In this document: in pieces, positions 56,309-64,000 of the stretch | Numbering within the stretch: position 1 is the first letter of the stretch | Layout: each line of letters begins with the position of its first letter | IMG/VR virus record: IMGVR_UViG_3300037222_000100 | Coordinates: 32,001-96,000 of that record | Length of the DNA: 64,000 nt | Reading direction: 5' to 3' (one strand) | From: a virus | Program-made: the position numbers and the translations under genes | Notes under the pieces: model-generated | The model's input: the letters and a program-made list of their open reading frames with translations, nothing else | Told to the model about the DNA's origin: nothing | Databases searched by the model: none

Positions 56309-57352
56309 ATGAGCACACAGCTAGCTGAGAAGCCCAAGGTGGCCTACGCCCATCCCGCCACTCTGGAGGATGTTCCTTGGAACGAGGACACGCTAGAGGA
56401 GATGGCCCGCACCTACAAGGAGATACGACAGGTGAAGCCGACTCTCGTCATCGGCGACTGCCATGGTCACCTAGATCGCCTTGAGGCCCTTCTGACACAA
56501 GAGGGGATCATCGGGGCCTGCCCGGCGTGTGGAGGCACCGGAGACGATCTGAGCCCGCCCGAGTCAGAGTTCTGCGCCCCCTGTAACGGGACTGGCATCG
56601 CCCGCATCAATCGCGATGTCGAGGTCGTACAACTAGGGGACCTCGGTCACTACGGAGCCGACACGATGGGCAAGGATCGACTCATCTGGGAGTACGCGCC
56701 TCGATGGGTTGATGTGATCCTGTGGGGTAACCATGACCGGGCCATCATTGACGGGCGGCATTTCTTCATGGGCTACCAGAAGCCGTTGCCCGAGACGACT
56801 CGTGCTATCGACCAGGCGATTCTCAAGGGGCAGATACGGATCGCTTATACTGCCCACGGCTTCCTATTCACGCACGCCGGTCTACACGCATGCTTCAAGC
56901 ACCAGAAAATCCCAGTGGAGTTGAAGCGTGACATAGGACAATTGGTGGACTGGCTCAACGAATGTGATGGTTGGTCCGCCAACGAGCCCGCTCCTGACGA
57001 AGACGAGTTCCTTGCCATCGTCAATGCCATCAGTCGTATGCGCGGAGGTCCTTGCGACGCCGGAGGCATCCTCTGGCGCGACGCTCGCGAGAGCTACTAC
57101 CCCGACTTCCGACAGGTCTTCGGCCACACGGCGAGGGACACGACCTGTCGCACATACGAATCTCCCGTAGGCAACTCGTACTGCATCGACGTAGGCGACA
57201 AGCACAACGGTCGTCTCATGGGTATGTGGCTACCTGACGAGCGTGTCGTGGAGGTCCATGTGCCGGAGAAGATGCGCGACCTGCATGAACTGACCCAGGA
57301 TGATCCTGTGCTGGACGAGGTTGTTGAGAAGTACAGCCAGTTCTTGCGCTGA
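56309..57352 (+). CDS. calcineurin-like metallophosphoesterase with DnaJ-type Zn-finger insert
   Basis: IGDCHG, LGDL, GNHD, THAG, FGHT, CID motifs. Confidence 0.88.
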   Translation: MSTQLAEKPKVAYAHPATLEDVPWNEDTLEEMARTYKEIRQVKPTLVIGDCHGHLDRLEALLTQEGIIGACPACGGTGDDLSPPESEFCAPCNGTGIARINRDVEVVQLGDLGHYGADTMGKDRLIWEYAPRWVDVILWGNHDRAIIDGRHFFMGYQKPLPETTRAIDQAILKGQIRIAYTAHGFLFTHAGLHACFKHQKIPVELKRDIGQLVDWLNECDGWSANEPAPDEDEFLAIVNAISRMRGGPCDAGGILWRDARESYYPDFRQVFGHTARDTTCRTYESPVGNSYCIDVGDKHNGRLMGMWLPDERVVEVHVPEKMRDLHELTQDDPVLDEVVEKYSQFLR

Positions 57353-57624
57353 TGCCCATCTACGAGTACCGCTGCGATAAGTGCGGTCATGAGGATGAGA
57401 GCATCTTCCCGATAGCTCGTGCGCGGAAATCCATCCGCTGTCGAGGTTGCGGCGGAAGGGCAATTCGTGTATACTCTACCCCTGCGATCCACTTCAAGGG
57501 CAACGGCTTCTACAACACCGACTACAAGAACAAGAGCGCCAAGGACAAACCGAAGGATGAGAAGCCGCCTCAAGAGGTCAAGAAGGACGCCGATAAGAAA
57601 GGGAGCAAAGATGGTAGTCCGTAG
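57352..57624 (+). CDS. FmdB-family zinc-ribbon protein
   Basis: MPIYEYRCDKCGH...C.GCG...FKGNGFYNTDY. Confidence 0.9.
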   Translation: MPIYEYRCDKCGHEDESIFPIARARKSIRCRGCGGRAIRVYSTPAIHFKGNGFYNTDYKNKSAKDKPKDEKPPQEVKKDADKKGSKDGSP

Positions 57625-57841
57625 ACCAATCTCTATCGAGATGAGTCAGAGGGCCGCAAAGGCACTCTGGGATCAGCATCGCGAGCTTGAGGGTCGCGTA
57701 GTCTGGGAGGATGCCGCATCTTGGGCTCGTGAGCCCTACGAACAAAAGGCGCGATTGGTTCTCGAAACAGCCCTCCCCCAGGAGGCATATTTCTTGCGGC
57801 TCTTCGCTGAGGAATGCAAGAAGGTGGCTGACATCCTATGA
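57611..57841 (+). CDS. hypothetical protein
   Basis: SD GGGAG; coupled ORF. Confidence 0.6.
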   Translation: MVVRRPISIEMSQRAAKALWDQHRELEGRVVWEDAASWAREPYEQKARLVLETALPQEAYFLRLFAEECKKVADIL

Positions 57842-58170
57842 CCCTCCACGTTCTAAGAGCGACAGCAAATCCGAGAGTCCTTGATGGACACTGGGTAGTT
57901 TTCGGACGACGTTTTCCGCGAAAGCTAGTCTTCCCTGTCGGGATGGTTCTTTTCGCTGCCGCCGGTATCTTCTCGCCGCTGTTTGATCTCAATGCCGTTC
58001 ATGGTCCACCAAGCTTCCTGCTCTACGCGCAGCATCTCTTCTTCGATGGTATTGCTGACGCTGGAGGATTCTGGGCAGCGACGTTCTGCAAGCACAAATG
58101 GCATCAGGTCGCTATCGCTACGGCATTTGCTCTGGCAAGCACTTTCGCCTTGATCACTATAGTCGGATGA
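57838..58170 (+). CDS. membrane protein
   Basis: Hydrophobic segments; ATGA-coupled. Confidence 0.65.
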   Translation: MTLHVLRATANPRVLDGHWVVFGRRFPRKLVFPVGMVLFAAAGIFSPLFDLNAVHGPPSFLLYAQHLFFDGIADAGGFWAATFCKHKWHQVAIATAFALASTFALITIVG

Positions 58171-58179
58171 CCAAAGCTG

Positions 58180-58410
58180 ATGTATAGCCAGTACGGATAC
58201 GTCCCGCCGTCGAACGACATCGTGCATCTGACGCCAAGGATGCTCAGGGCGCTGGCCGACATCCCGAACCCACGCAAACGGCACATCTCGCTCGAAGAAT
58301 ACCGAGGGCGTCACCGCATCGTGTTCGCGAGCGTCAACGAGGGTAAAGGCGGAGACAACCCATGCTGGCAGGTCTGTCAGAACGGCAAGCTGAAACTGAT
58401 GAAGACATGA
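58180..58410 (+). CDS. hypothetical protein
   Basis: Fills the gap in the operon. Confidence 0.55.
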   Translation: MYSQYGYVPPSNDIVHLTPRMLRALADIPNPRKRHISLEEYRGRHRIVFASVNEGKGGDNPCWQVCQNGKLKLMKT

Positions 58411-58664
58411 GCTACAAGCCATGGGATAGTTGGGACAGCGAGTACCTTACCTTCGAAGAGGACGATCACTACGAGGGTAAGACCAAGCTCCTCCATGTGC
58501 AGAGCAAGCGCAAGATTGAGATTCTCGCGGTGATCAAGTGGTACGGTCCATGGCGGCAGTACTGCTTCTATCCGATGCCTGAGACGATTTGGAACAAGGG
58601 CTGCATGGAGGACGTGCAGACGGTGATCAAGGCGCTGATGGATGAACGCAAGGTCAAGCGATGA
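58407..58664 (+). CDS. hypothetical protein
   Basis: IKWYGPWRQYCF.P motif; ATGA-coupled. Confidence 0.7.
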   Translation: MSYKPWDSWDSEYLTFEEDDHYEGKTKLLHVQSKRKIEILAVIKWYGPWRQYCFYPMPETIWNKGCMEDVQTVIKALMDERKVKR

Positions 58665-58891
58665 TCTCTAAGATCGCCATCCACGTCTGTCCTGTTGATG
58701 GGTGTCCTGCGCTAGGGTCCAAACCGGTGCAGTGTCCCACACACGACAAGACACTCGTGCGGGAGGTCTATACCCGTGTGATCGAAACGCGGACGACGCG
58801 CGAGACTCGCGTCGATGAGGTCGTCAAGAACATCACGGACCCGAAGTTGCGCCGGACGTTGCAAGACATGGGCAAGAGATTTGGACTATGA
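58661..58891 (+). CDS. hypothetical zinc-binding protein
   Basis: CPVDGC..CPTH; coupled ORF. Confidence 0.6.
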   Translation: MISKIAIHVCPVDGCPALGSKPVQCPTHDKTLVREVYTRVIETRTTRETRVDEVVKNITDPKLRRTLQDMGKRFGL

Positions 58892-59073
58892 TCCTCGTGG
58901 AGATCGGTATTGGCCTGGGCACATCCTTCGTCGGGAGCTTCCTGGCCGTACTTGTGGTGATACACTGGGACATCGAGGGCTTCTGGCAACAGCGGCGACT
59001 GGAGCACGGCAAGAGGCTCGATCAACGTGCAGAAGAGGCGGCGAGGAAGCATGGCGCAAAAAGGTCTAGATGA
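58888..59073 (+). CDS. small membrane protein
   Basis: N-terminal TM helix; coupled ORF. Confidence 0.6.
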   Translation: MILVEIGIGLGTSFVGSFLAVLVVIHWDIEGFWQQRRLEHGKRLDQRAEEAARKHGAKRSR

Positions 59074-59426
59074 ACTGTCCTCTCTGTCACAGGCCGCTCG
59101 AAGATGACGAAGGCGATGAGAAGTTCATCTATCGCTGCACGCACACCAACCTCAAGACCGGCGTGACCGAGACGATTTGCGTAGACTGCGCTTCGGGGCA
59201 GATCGCAGAGGTAATAGGTGATGCAGGCCAAGTACCATGTGACGATCCCGACGACGGACGAGCTAAGACAGCCGCTTCACCGGATGCTCCCGGCAGCGGC
59301 CCATCAGTGGCTATACGAATCCCAACCGCGACTCTTTCATCAGACGTGGGTGGAGGGTCCGCACTCCCATTCGTTTGGACCAGCACACCATCTCGTGACA
59401 GTGGCGGAGGACAGTCCGGAGACTGA
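59070..59426 (+). CDS. hypothetical zinc-ribbon protein
   Basis: MNCPLC..C; its 3' half overlaps the next gene. Confidence 0.45.
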   Translation: MNCPLCHRPLEDDEGDEKFIYRCTHTNLKTGVTETICVDCASGQIAEVIGDAGQVPCDDPDDGRAKTAASPDAPGSGPSVAIRIPTATLSSDVGGGSALPFVWTSTPSRDSGGGQSGD

Positions 59427-59607
59427 CGCCTACGTCAAGCAGCTAGCTGCGCACGTAGGACAGATAGCCAACCATCCCGTCATCGCCGTGGGTAAGGACG
59501 GCGAGAACGGGATGGAGTCATGGCCGGTAGCGAATAGAGGCTACCAGAGAGGCACAGGGGCCTCTCCTGAGCTACTCGACCCATTACCCGTGGATAACGT
59601 CCTCTAG
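59221..59607 (+). CDS. hypothetical protein
   Basis: GAGGTAATAGGTG upstream of the ATG. Confidence 0.6.
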   Translation: MQAKYHVTIPTTDELRQPLHRMLPAAAHQWLYESQPRLFHQTWVEGPHSHSFGPAHHLVTVAEDSPETDAYVKQLAAHVGQIANHPVIAVGKDGENGMESWPVANRGYQRGTGASPELLDPLPVDNVL

Positions 59608-59838
59608 CGTGACTTGTCTGATAGGCTCGTCTCTCTCGTTGCGCAAGAGATACGCCGGACCTCGCTTTGCCTTCTCGATCTCGCTCTGTGGCCAAAAGGC
59701 ACGTCTATCGAGCATACCGAACGTGAGACTGTCCGTGATCAACCGCGCGCGAGTACGCTTATTGCGCCAACCCGCTATCCGTTTCACAAGGAGTTTGCGC
59801 TTGATCTTGAGCCACCGCCTGGGGGATGGGCGTTTCAT
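59584..59838 (-). CDS. basic hypothetical protein
   Basis: ATGA-coupled to the 59835-60722 gene. Confidence 0.5.
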   Translation of the reverse strand: MKRPSPRRWLKIKRKLLVKRIAGWRNKRTRARLITDSLTFGMLDRRAFWPQSEIEKAKRGPAYLLRNERDEPIRQVTLEDVIHG

Positions 59839-60722
59839 GTCTTGACTGTGGGATCAACCGATACCTGGAGGCTCAGAACCTCCTCTGGCCTACCCTGGAC
59901 GCCCTTGAGACGAGCGAGCTTGTCCGCGACCGCCAGCCTAGCTGTATCGGTCAACTGGGGTCCGGTCTGGAATCCTGAGGACACGATGGCCGGGTTGCCG
60001 CCTGTCGGGACGAACTGTCGAATCTGCTCAACCTGATCTGGACGCACGATGCCGCCTAGAGGAGCTTTCGGCTTCGCGTTGGGATCGACGTAACCGACGA
60101 CTACGCCCTGTCGGTTGTACTCTGTCTCAACCGTCAGTTTGTTGATCGGCTGACCCGTCTCGTTGACGATCATGGCCAGAGTCGTGTTTGTCTTCTGGAT
60201 GTTCACGGTCTGGTTTTCTGCGATCCTCTTCGCCTCACCATCGCCGATCAACTGGATGAGTCCGGTCTGTAGGTTGGCAATCAGGATGTGATCGCTTTCA
60301 TCCTCTGGCCGAAGTGGGAACATGTCTCCACGCTGGCCACGGGGCGCGAGATCGATGCGCTCCTTTTTGTCCTGACGCTGAAGCCTAAGTGAGAACGGCG
60401 CGTTGTAACCGTTGCGTACCCATTTGGGTCCAGTCGCGTCTCGCTCTGCCTGTAGGGCGTCGGCCTCCTCGGTAGCCTCTACGACTGCCTCCTCCGTGGC
60501 CTGCTCTGCGGCAAGCCATGCCTCAACGGGCTCTGCGATCTCAGCGGGAACAGGAAGACCTGCGCCCTTGAGGTTGCTGTAGGTTTCTAGCAGCGCTGCC
60601 CATTGGGCCTCGGTCAACTCGACCGTGCGAGTCTCGATCTTCGGCGTTGCTTTCGGTGCTGCTTTGCGAGCGCGCGTTTTCGTTGCTTTGCGCTTCACGG
60701 GTGCTTTCTTCGTAGCTGGCAT
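59835..60722 (-). CDS. hypothetical virion-module protein with Lys/Ala-rich N-terminus
   Basis: SD AAGGAG; 295 aa. Confidence 0.75.
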   Translation of the reverse strand: MPATKKAPVKRKATKTRARKAAPKATPKIETRTVELTEAQWAALLETYSNLKGAGLPVPAEIAEPVEAWLAAEQATEEAVVEATEEADALQAERDATGPKWVRNGYNAPFSLRLQRQDKKERIDLAPRGQRGDMFPLRPEDESDHILIANLQTGLIQLIGDGEAKRIAENQTVNIQKTNTTLAMIVNETGQPINKLTVETEYNRQGVVVGYVDPNAKPKAPLGGIVRPDQVEQIRQFVPTGGNPAIVSSGFQTGPQLTDTARLAVADKLARLKGVQGRPEEVLSLQVSVDPTVKT

Positions 60723-60830
60723 GAGCCAATCTCCTTGTCGATATGTGAACCTAGCTGGTGCTGCGTACTACAACTCACCTATTCTTGCGACAGGGAGGGT
60801 TAGAAATCAGGCATATCGGCGAGCTAGTCT

Positions 60831-61592
60831 ATGATGGCCATTATCACTCCGCAGGGGCATGCTCTAGGTTGGAATCGACCGCTTCCTGGGCTCACATATC
60901 CGACAGCCGATCTTTCCGGCGTGACGATCCTGTCAGAGGTTGATCCTAGACCACACATGCCGCCCGCCTTGAATCAGCTAAAACTCGGTTCGTGTACGGC
61001 GAATGCCACCAACCGCTGTTTCCGTTATGACTCGATCAAGGACGGCAAAGACTGCGGAGAGCTTTCACGACTGTGGACATACTTCTTCGAGCGCCAGATC
61101 GAGGGCACTCTCAATCAGGGCGACTGCGGAGCCATGGGCCACGACGCCTTCACCGTCGCGAAACATGGAATCCCAGATGAGACGCTTTGGCAGTACGACA
61201 TCAGCAAGTTCGAAATCAAACCGCCTAACAAGCCTCGTGCTTACACCCTGACCAAGCAGGTCAAGGCCGTACCGCAATCGCTTACTGCAATTCAGCAAGC
61301 TCTATCGGCGGGGCAGACGATTCCGTTCGGCTTCACGGTCTACTCCAGCTTTGAGTCAGAACAGGTGGCCAACACGGGTATCATGCCGATGCCGAAGCCC
61401 AACGAGGAAGTCCTTGGAGGGCATGAGGTTCTCGCTTGCGGCTATCTCAAGAAGTACCCGCACTACCTACTCGTCCTCAACAGTTGGGACGTATCGTGGG
61501 GACTCAACGGCTACTTCTTGATGCCGGTGTCGTTCATCCTGGACTCGCACTACGCCAGCGATCTGCGCACTATCGCGCGCCCCATCGCCTAA
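60831..61592 (+). CDS. papain-like C1 cysteine peptidase
   Basis: Q..LGSCTANA, GGHEV, NSW...WG..GYF. Confidence 0.9.
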   Translation: MMAIITPQGHALGWNRPLPGLTYPTADLSGVTILSEVDPRPHMPPALNQLKLGSCTANATNRCFRYDSIKDGKDCGELSRLWTYFFERQIEGTLNQGDCGAMGHDAFTVAKHGIPDETLWQYDISKFEIKPPNKPRAYTLTKQVKAVPQSLTAIQQALSAGQTIPFGFTVYSSFESEQVANTGIMPMPKPNEEVLGGHEVLACGYLKKYPHYLLVLNSWDVSWGLNGYFLMPVSFILDSHYASDLRTIARPIA

Positions 61593-61610
61593 AGCGCTAT
61601 ACTCCCCGGC

Positions 61611-62252
61611 ATGGGATATGATGTCCTCGGATCAGGACTATTGAAGGGCGGCGGCGTACGCGGAGCCAAGGTACGCCAGCATGTCATTCGGGGCGGCAAG
61701 CTCAGGCACTTCCCCGACGTGCATATCACCGATTCAGGTCGGATCAAGGAGCTTGTGCCGGACTTCGAGCCAGCCTTTGAATTCGAGTACACGCGGCGCG
61801 AGCTACTGCTGCTCGCGGAGAAGATGCTGCTGAACGATTCTAAGCCCGGTGGCGAGCACCCTGCGTATCTCAATGCTCATGCGTTGCGGGCGCGACAGAA
61901 ACGAGAGATATACTGCGCCAATGGAACGCCCGAACCACACATCATTCAGGGCATGTTCTGGCGCACCCATCCTCAAGGCCGTCCATGGGCGACAGAGGAG
62001 ATGCGTCGCGCCACGGGCTGTAGCTTCTACTCCGGCGTCAAACAGACCAGCCGAGAGATTCTACCTCCGCCGCCTGAGCCTCAGGAGCTAGACTGCCTAT
62101 TTGAGGGATGCATCTATCCCGTTGTCTCGTGTGGCCTCTGCGCAGCCCACACGAGACAGAAGAGGGCTGGGAAGCCGCTTGGTCCAATCAGGAGGAACCA
62201 GGGTCTATCCAAGCTCGCTAAGCGCCTGATGGCTGTCGAGGAACATCGATGA
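61611..62252 (+). CDS. hypothetical protein (paralog of 25252-25815) with C-terminal CCCH finger
   Basis: Leaderless after TATACT; shared REIY..GTP.P...GM..R.HP.GR block. Confidence 0.7.
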   Translation: MGYDVLGSGLLKGGGVRGAKVRQHVIRGGKLRHFPDVHITDSGRIKELVPDFEPAFEFEYTRRELLLLAEKMLLNDSKPGGEHPAYLNAHALRARQKREIYCANGTPEPHIIQGMFWRTHPQGRPWATEEMRRATGCSFYSGVKQTSREILPPPPEPQELDCLFEGCIYPVVSCGLCAAHTRQKRAGKPLGPIRRNQGLSKLAKRLMAVEEHR

Positions 62253-62264
62253 AATCCTAGACAG

Positions 62265-62393
62265 ATGTCGGATCGTATTCTCGCGCGAGTCGTCAACCTA
62301 GTAGATATGACGACACGAGACAAACGTGCGATTGAGGCTGTCATCGCAGCCTGGGTCCGAGTACAAGAGAACAAGAAAAAGCCCCGCATGTAG
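62265..62393 (+). CDS. small hypothetical protein (42 aa)
   Basis: MSDRILARVVNLVDMTTRDKRAIEAVIAAWVRVQENKKKPRM; ends within the terminator. Confidence 0.35.
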   Translation: MSDRILARVVNLVDMTTRDKRAIEAVIAAWVRVQENKKKPRM

Positions 62394-62404
62394 CGGGGCT
62401 TTTT
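62376..62404. terminator. bidirectional intrinsic terminator
   Basis: AAAAA-GCCCCGC-ATGTA-GCGGGGC-TTTTT between convergent genes. Confidence 0.9.
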
Positions 62405-62424
62405 CGTTGCGTCTTGGTTGGACC

Positions 62425-63516
62425 TTACAGCGTCCAGGTGCCAGGTGCGCCGGTTCCGAGGCCCGTGATGTCGAGCTTCGAAGGTGCAGCGTTGCTTGAC
62501 GCCTTGAGGATGCGAGACAGTCCACGCGGGTTGAGGATAAGCATTCCGACAAGCTCGTCCATGACCCATCCCTTGTAGAACTGCTCGACCTGATGGTTCT
62601 CCTCGACATCGAGAGAGTACATGACAGGGAAGACCCCGATGAACTCCGGCTCGGCTGCGAGGAAGACCTCACCCTGAGGGATGATGATCGAACGCTGGAT
62701 TTGGAACTCGCCGAAGGACGTAATACGTCCGCCTGCGAAGACCTCATCCTTGAAGCGGAACCCTGTGGCGTTGAGGTCCCAGTTGTAGAGGTCGCGAATG
62801 TCTGCCGGGTGGGCAAGCACGCGACGTGCCTCTAGCTGGTTGATCTCGATCTGAGTTACCGCGTTGTAGAAGTCAGCGGGCTCCAACGGGTTACCGGCTC
62901 CGAGGAGAACGGTGTGCTCGTTAGGCTCTGCTTCCGGTCCTGCTGCGATCCCAACTGCGCGACCACCAGTAGGTGCGAGGCCAACGACGTTGTTGGTAAG
63001 CGCTTCGCCGAGTCCTTTGATGGCCTGCTCAAGAAGTAGGACTAGACGTGCGTCCTCCTGCTTCTGGATGGCCTGACGGGACTCGTCCTGCGCGTATTCA
63101 ACCGCGTTGACTCGCAAGTAGTAGAGGTCCTCCTTGCGGATGCGTGGGAACGTCGCCAAACGGAACAGAGCAGGGAATGCCTGCTTGCCCTCGAACGGCG
63201 TGATCTTGACCTCGGCGTCAGTGCTGTTCAGCACGTACGCACGTCCAAGGTCGTCCAGGATGTCGTAAGGCATGAGGGGTCCGCGCTCTAGCGTATCCTC
63301 CACGAGGACGTTACGAACGATACCCTCGTACCTTAGACGAATCTGAATCGGGCCGATCATGCCCTGGCCGATACGACGCATCGCGTTACCCTTGTCGGCA
63401 AGGATAGCTTCGAGGCGTCCGACCTTCTGCTTCTTGGAGAGCTTCGGAAGGTCCTTTAGCTTCTCCTCGTAGTCACCAGAAGCGACTACCTGACGTTGGA
63501 AATTCTCATATCCCAT
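62425..63516 (-). CDS. major capsid protein
   Basis: SD AAGGAGG; 363 aa with HK97-like features (AIQKQED, E.VGM.ILNPRG); followed by the terminator. Confidence 0.85.
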   Translation of the reverse strand: MGYENFQRQVVASGDYEEKLKDLPKLSKKQKVGRLEAILADKGNAMRRIGQGMIGPIQIRLRYEGIVRNVLVEDTLERGPLMPYDILDDLGRAYVLNSTDAEVKITPFEGKQAFPALFRLATFPRIRKEDLYYLRVNAVEYAQDESRQAIQKQEDARLVLLLEQAIKGLGEALTNNVVGLAPTGGRAVGIAAGPEAEPNEHTVLLGAGNPLEPADFYNAVTQIEINQLEARRVLAHPADIRDLYNWDLNATGFRFKDEVFAGGRITSFGEFQIQRSIIIPQGEVFLAAEPEFIGVFPVMYSLDVEENHQVEQFYKGWVMDELVGMLILNPRGLSRILKASSNAAPSKLDITGLGTGAPGTWTL

Positions 63517-63531
63517 GTCTGTCTCGCCTCC

Positions 63532-64000
63532 TTAGACTAGTAGCTTGAATCGCAGAACGCTTGGGTTGCTGTAGTCAACAACTTCCGCGATCTTGGTTTC
63601 GTTGGTACCTTTAGTTACGCCCAGGCGTCCATCTTTGCCGACGTACAGGTACACAGGCTTTCCTTCTTTGTTTTCCGCAACCTTCGTAGAAAGTTCCGTT
63701 GAGTCGAAGCCCGGTGCGATCAGATCGTACACGGAGTCCGGTCCCTGCCATGCAGAGATTTGGTTGGACTGTTTGATGTTGTCAAACGTTCCACCGACCC
63801 ACTGCCCAAGGAGTCCGTAGACACCCGTTGCAGTCCCGGCGTCGCCGATGGCGAAAGCTTCGCCTACCGTCTTGACGAGGACTAGTCCAGGTACGAGTGA
63901 ACCTTCAAATGTGAAGGCATCTCCCGAACGCGAGAACGGGGCTGCTGCTGCTCCACCGACCGGTGTGACTCCCGCTTCGTCCGTTTTCAACGGAACGCGA
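63532..64000 (-). CDS. capsid decoration/cement-like protein (5'-truncated by window)
   Basis: ORF directly upstream of the capsid gene and open to the window end. Confidence 0.6.
   Translation of the reverse strand, partial: RVPLKTDEAGVTPVGGAAAAPFSRSGDAFTFEGSLVPGLVLVKTVGEAFAIGDAGTATGVYGLLGQWVGGTFDNIKQSNQISAWQGPDSVYDLIAPGFDSTELSTKVAENKEGKPVYLYVGKDGRLGVTKGTNETKIAEVVDYSNPSVLRFKLLV

Noticed and set aside
59212-59223. TAAT-N5-ATG at 59212 and 16550 as late promoters
   Set aside because: Both lack TAGA at 14 nt, and nearby GAGGT/AGGTG can be explained as Shine-Dalgarno sequences.

Overview
This window is a 64-kb internal segment of a large, GC-rich contractile-tailed (myovirus-type) dsDNA phage genome. 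Its organisation resembles the large actinobacterial myoviruses (Bxz1/cluster-C type); the host assignment is inference. It has four blocks. (1) 1-4640, minus strand: an RNA operon with 17 tRNA or tRNA-like genes and a tmRNA carrying an unusually long 34-codon tag ending LALV. Nearly every spacer in this operon folds into a closed, multi-helix RNA that is not a tRNA, and one ~48-nt element occurs twice. (2) 4691-9416, minus: RNA ligase, ClpP-like protease, small ORFs and a class II ribonucleotide reductase. (3) 9714-29133, plus: a replication/recombination module (DnaC-like loader, DnaB, DnaG, SSB, RNase H, DnaE, RecA, PD-(D/E)XK nucleases, RuvC, a stand-alone sigma region-4 protein, SNF2 helicase). 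(4) 29123-64000, mostly minus: the virion module (baseplate, hub, tape measure, frameshifted tail chaperone, tube, sheath, neck, capsid), interrupted by homing endonucleases and plus-strand accessory cassettes. The best leads are the tRNA-punctuated array of unknown structured RNAs, a leaderless late-promoter candidate TAGA-N14-TAAT-N5/6-ATG with a possible mini-sigma partner, the tmRNA/ClpP pair, and a tRNA-Glu with a 23-nt D-loop insertion. All calls were made by eye; no database searches or folding programs were run.
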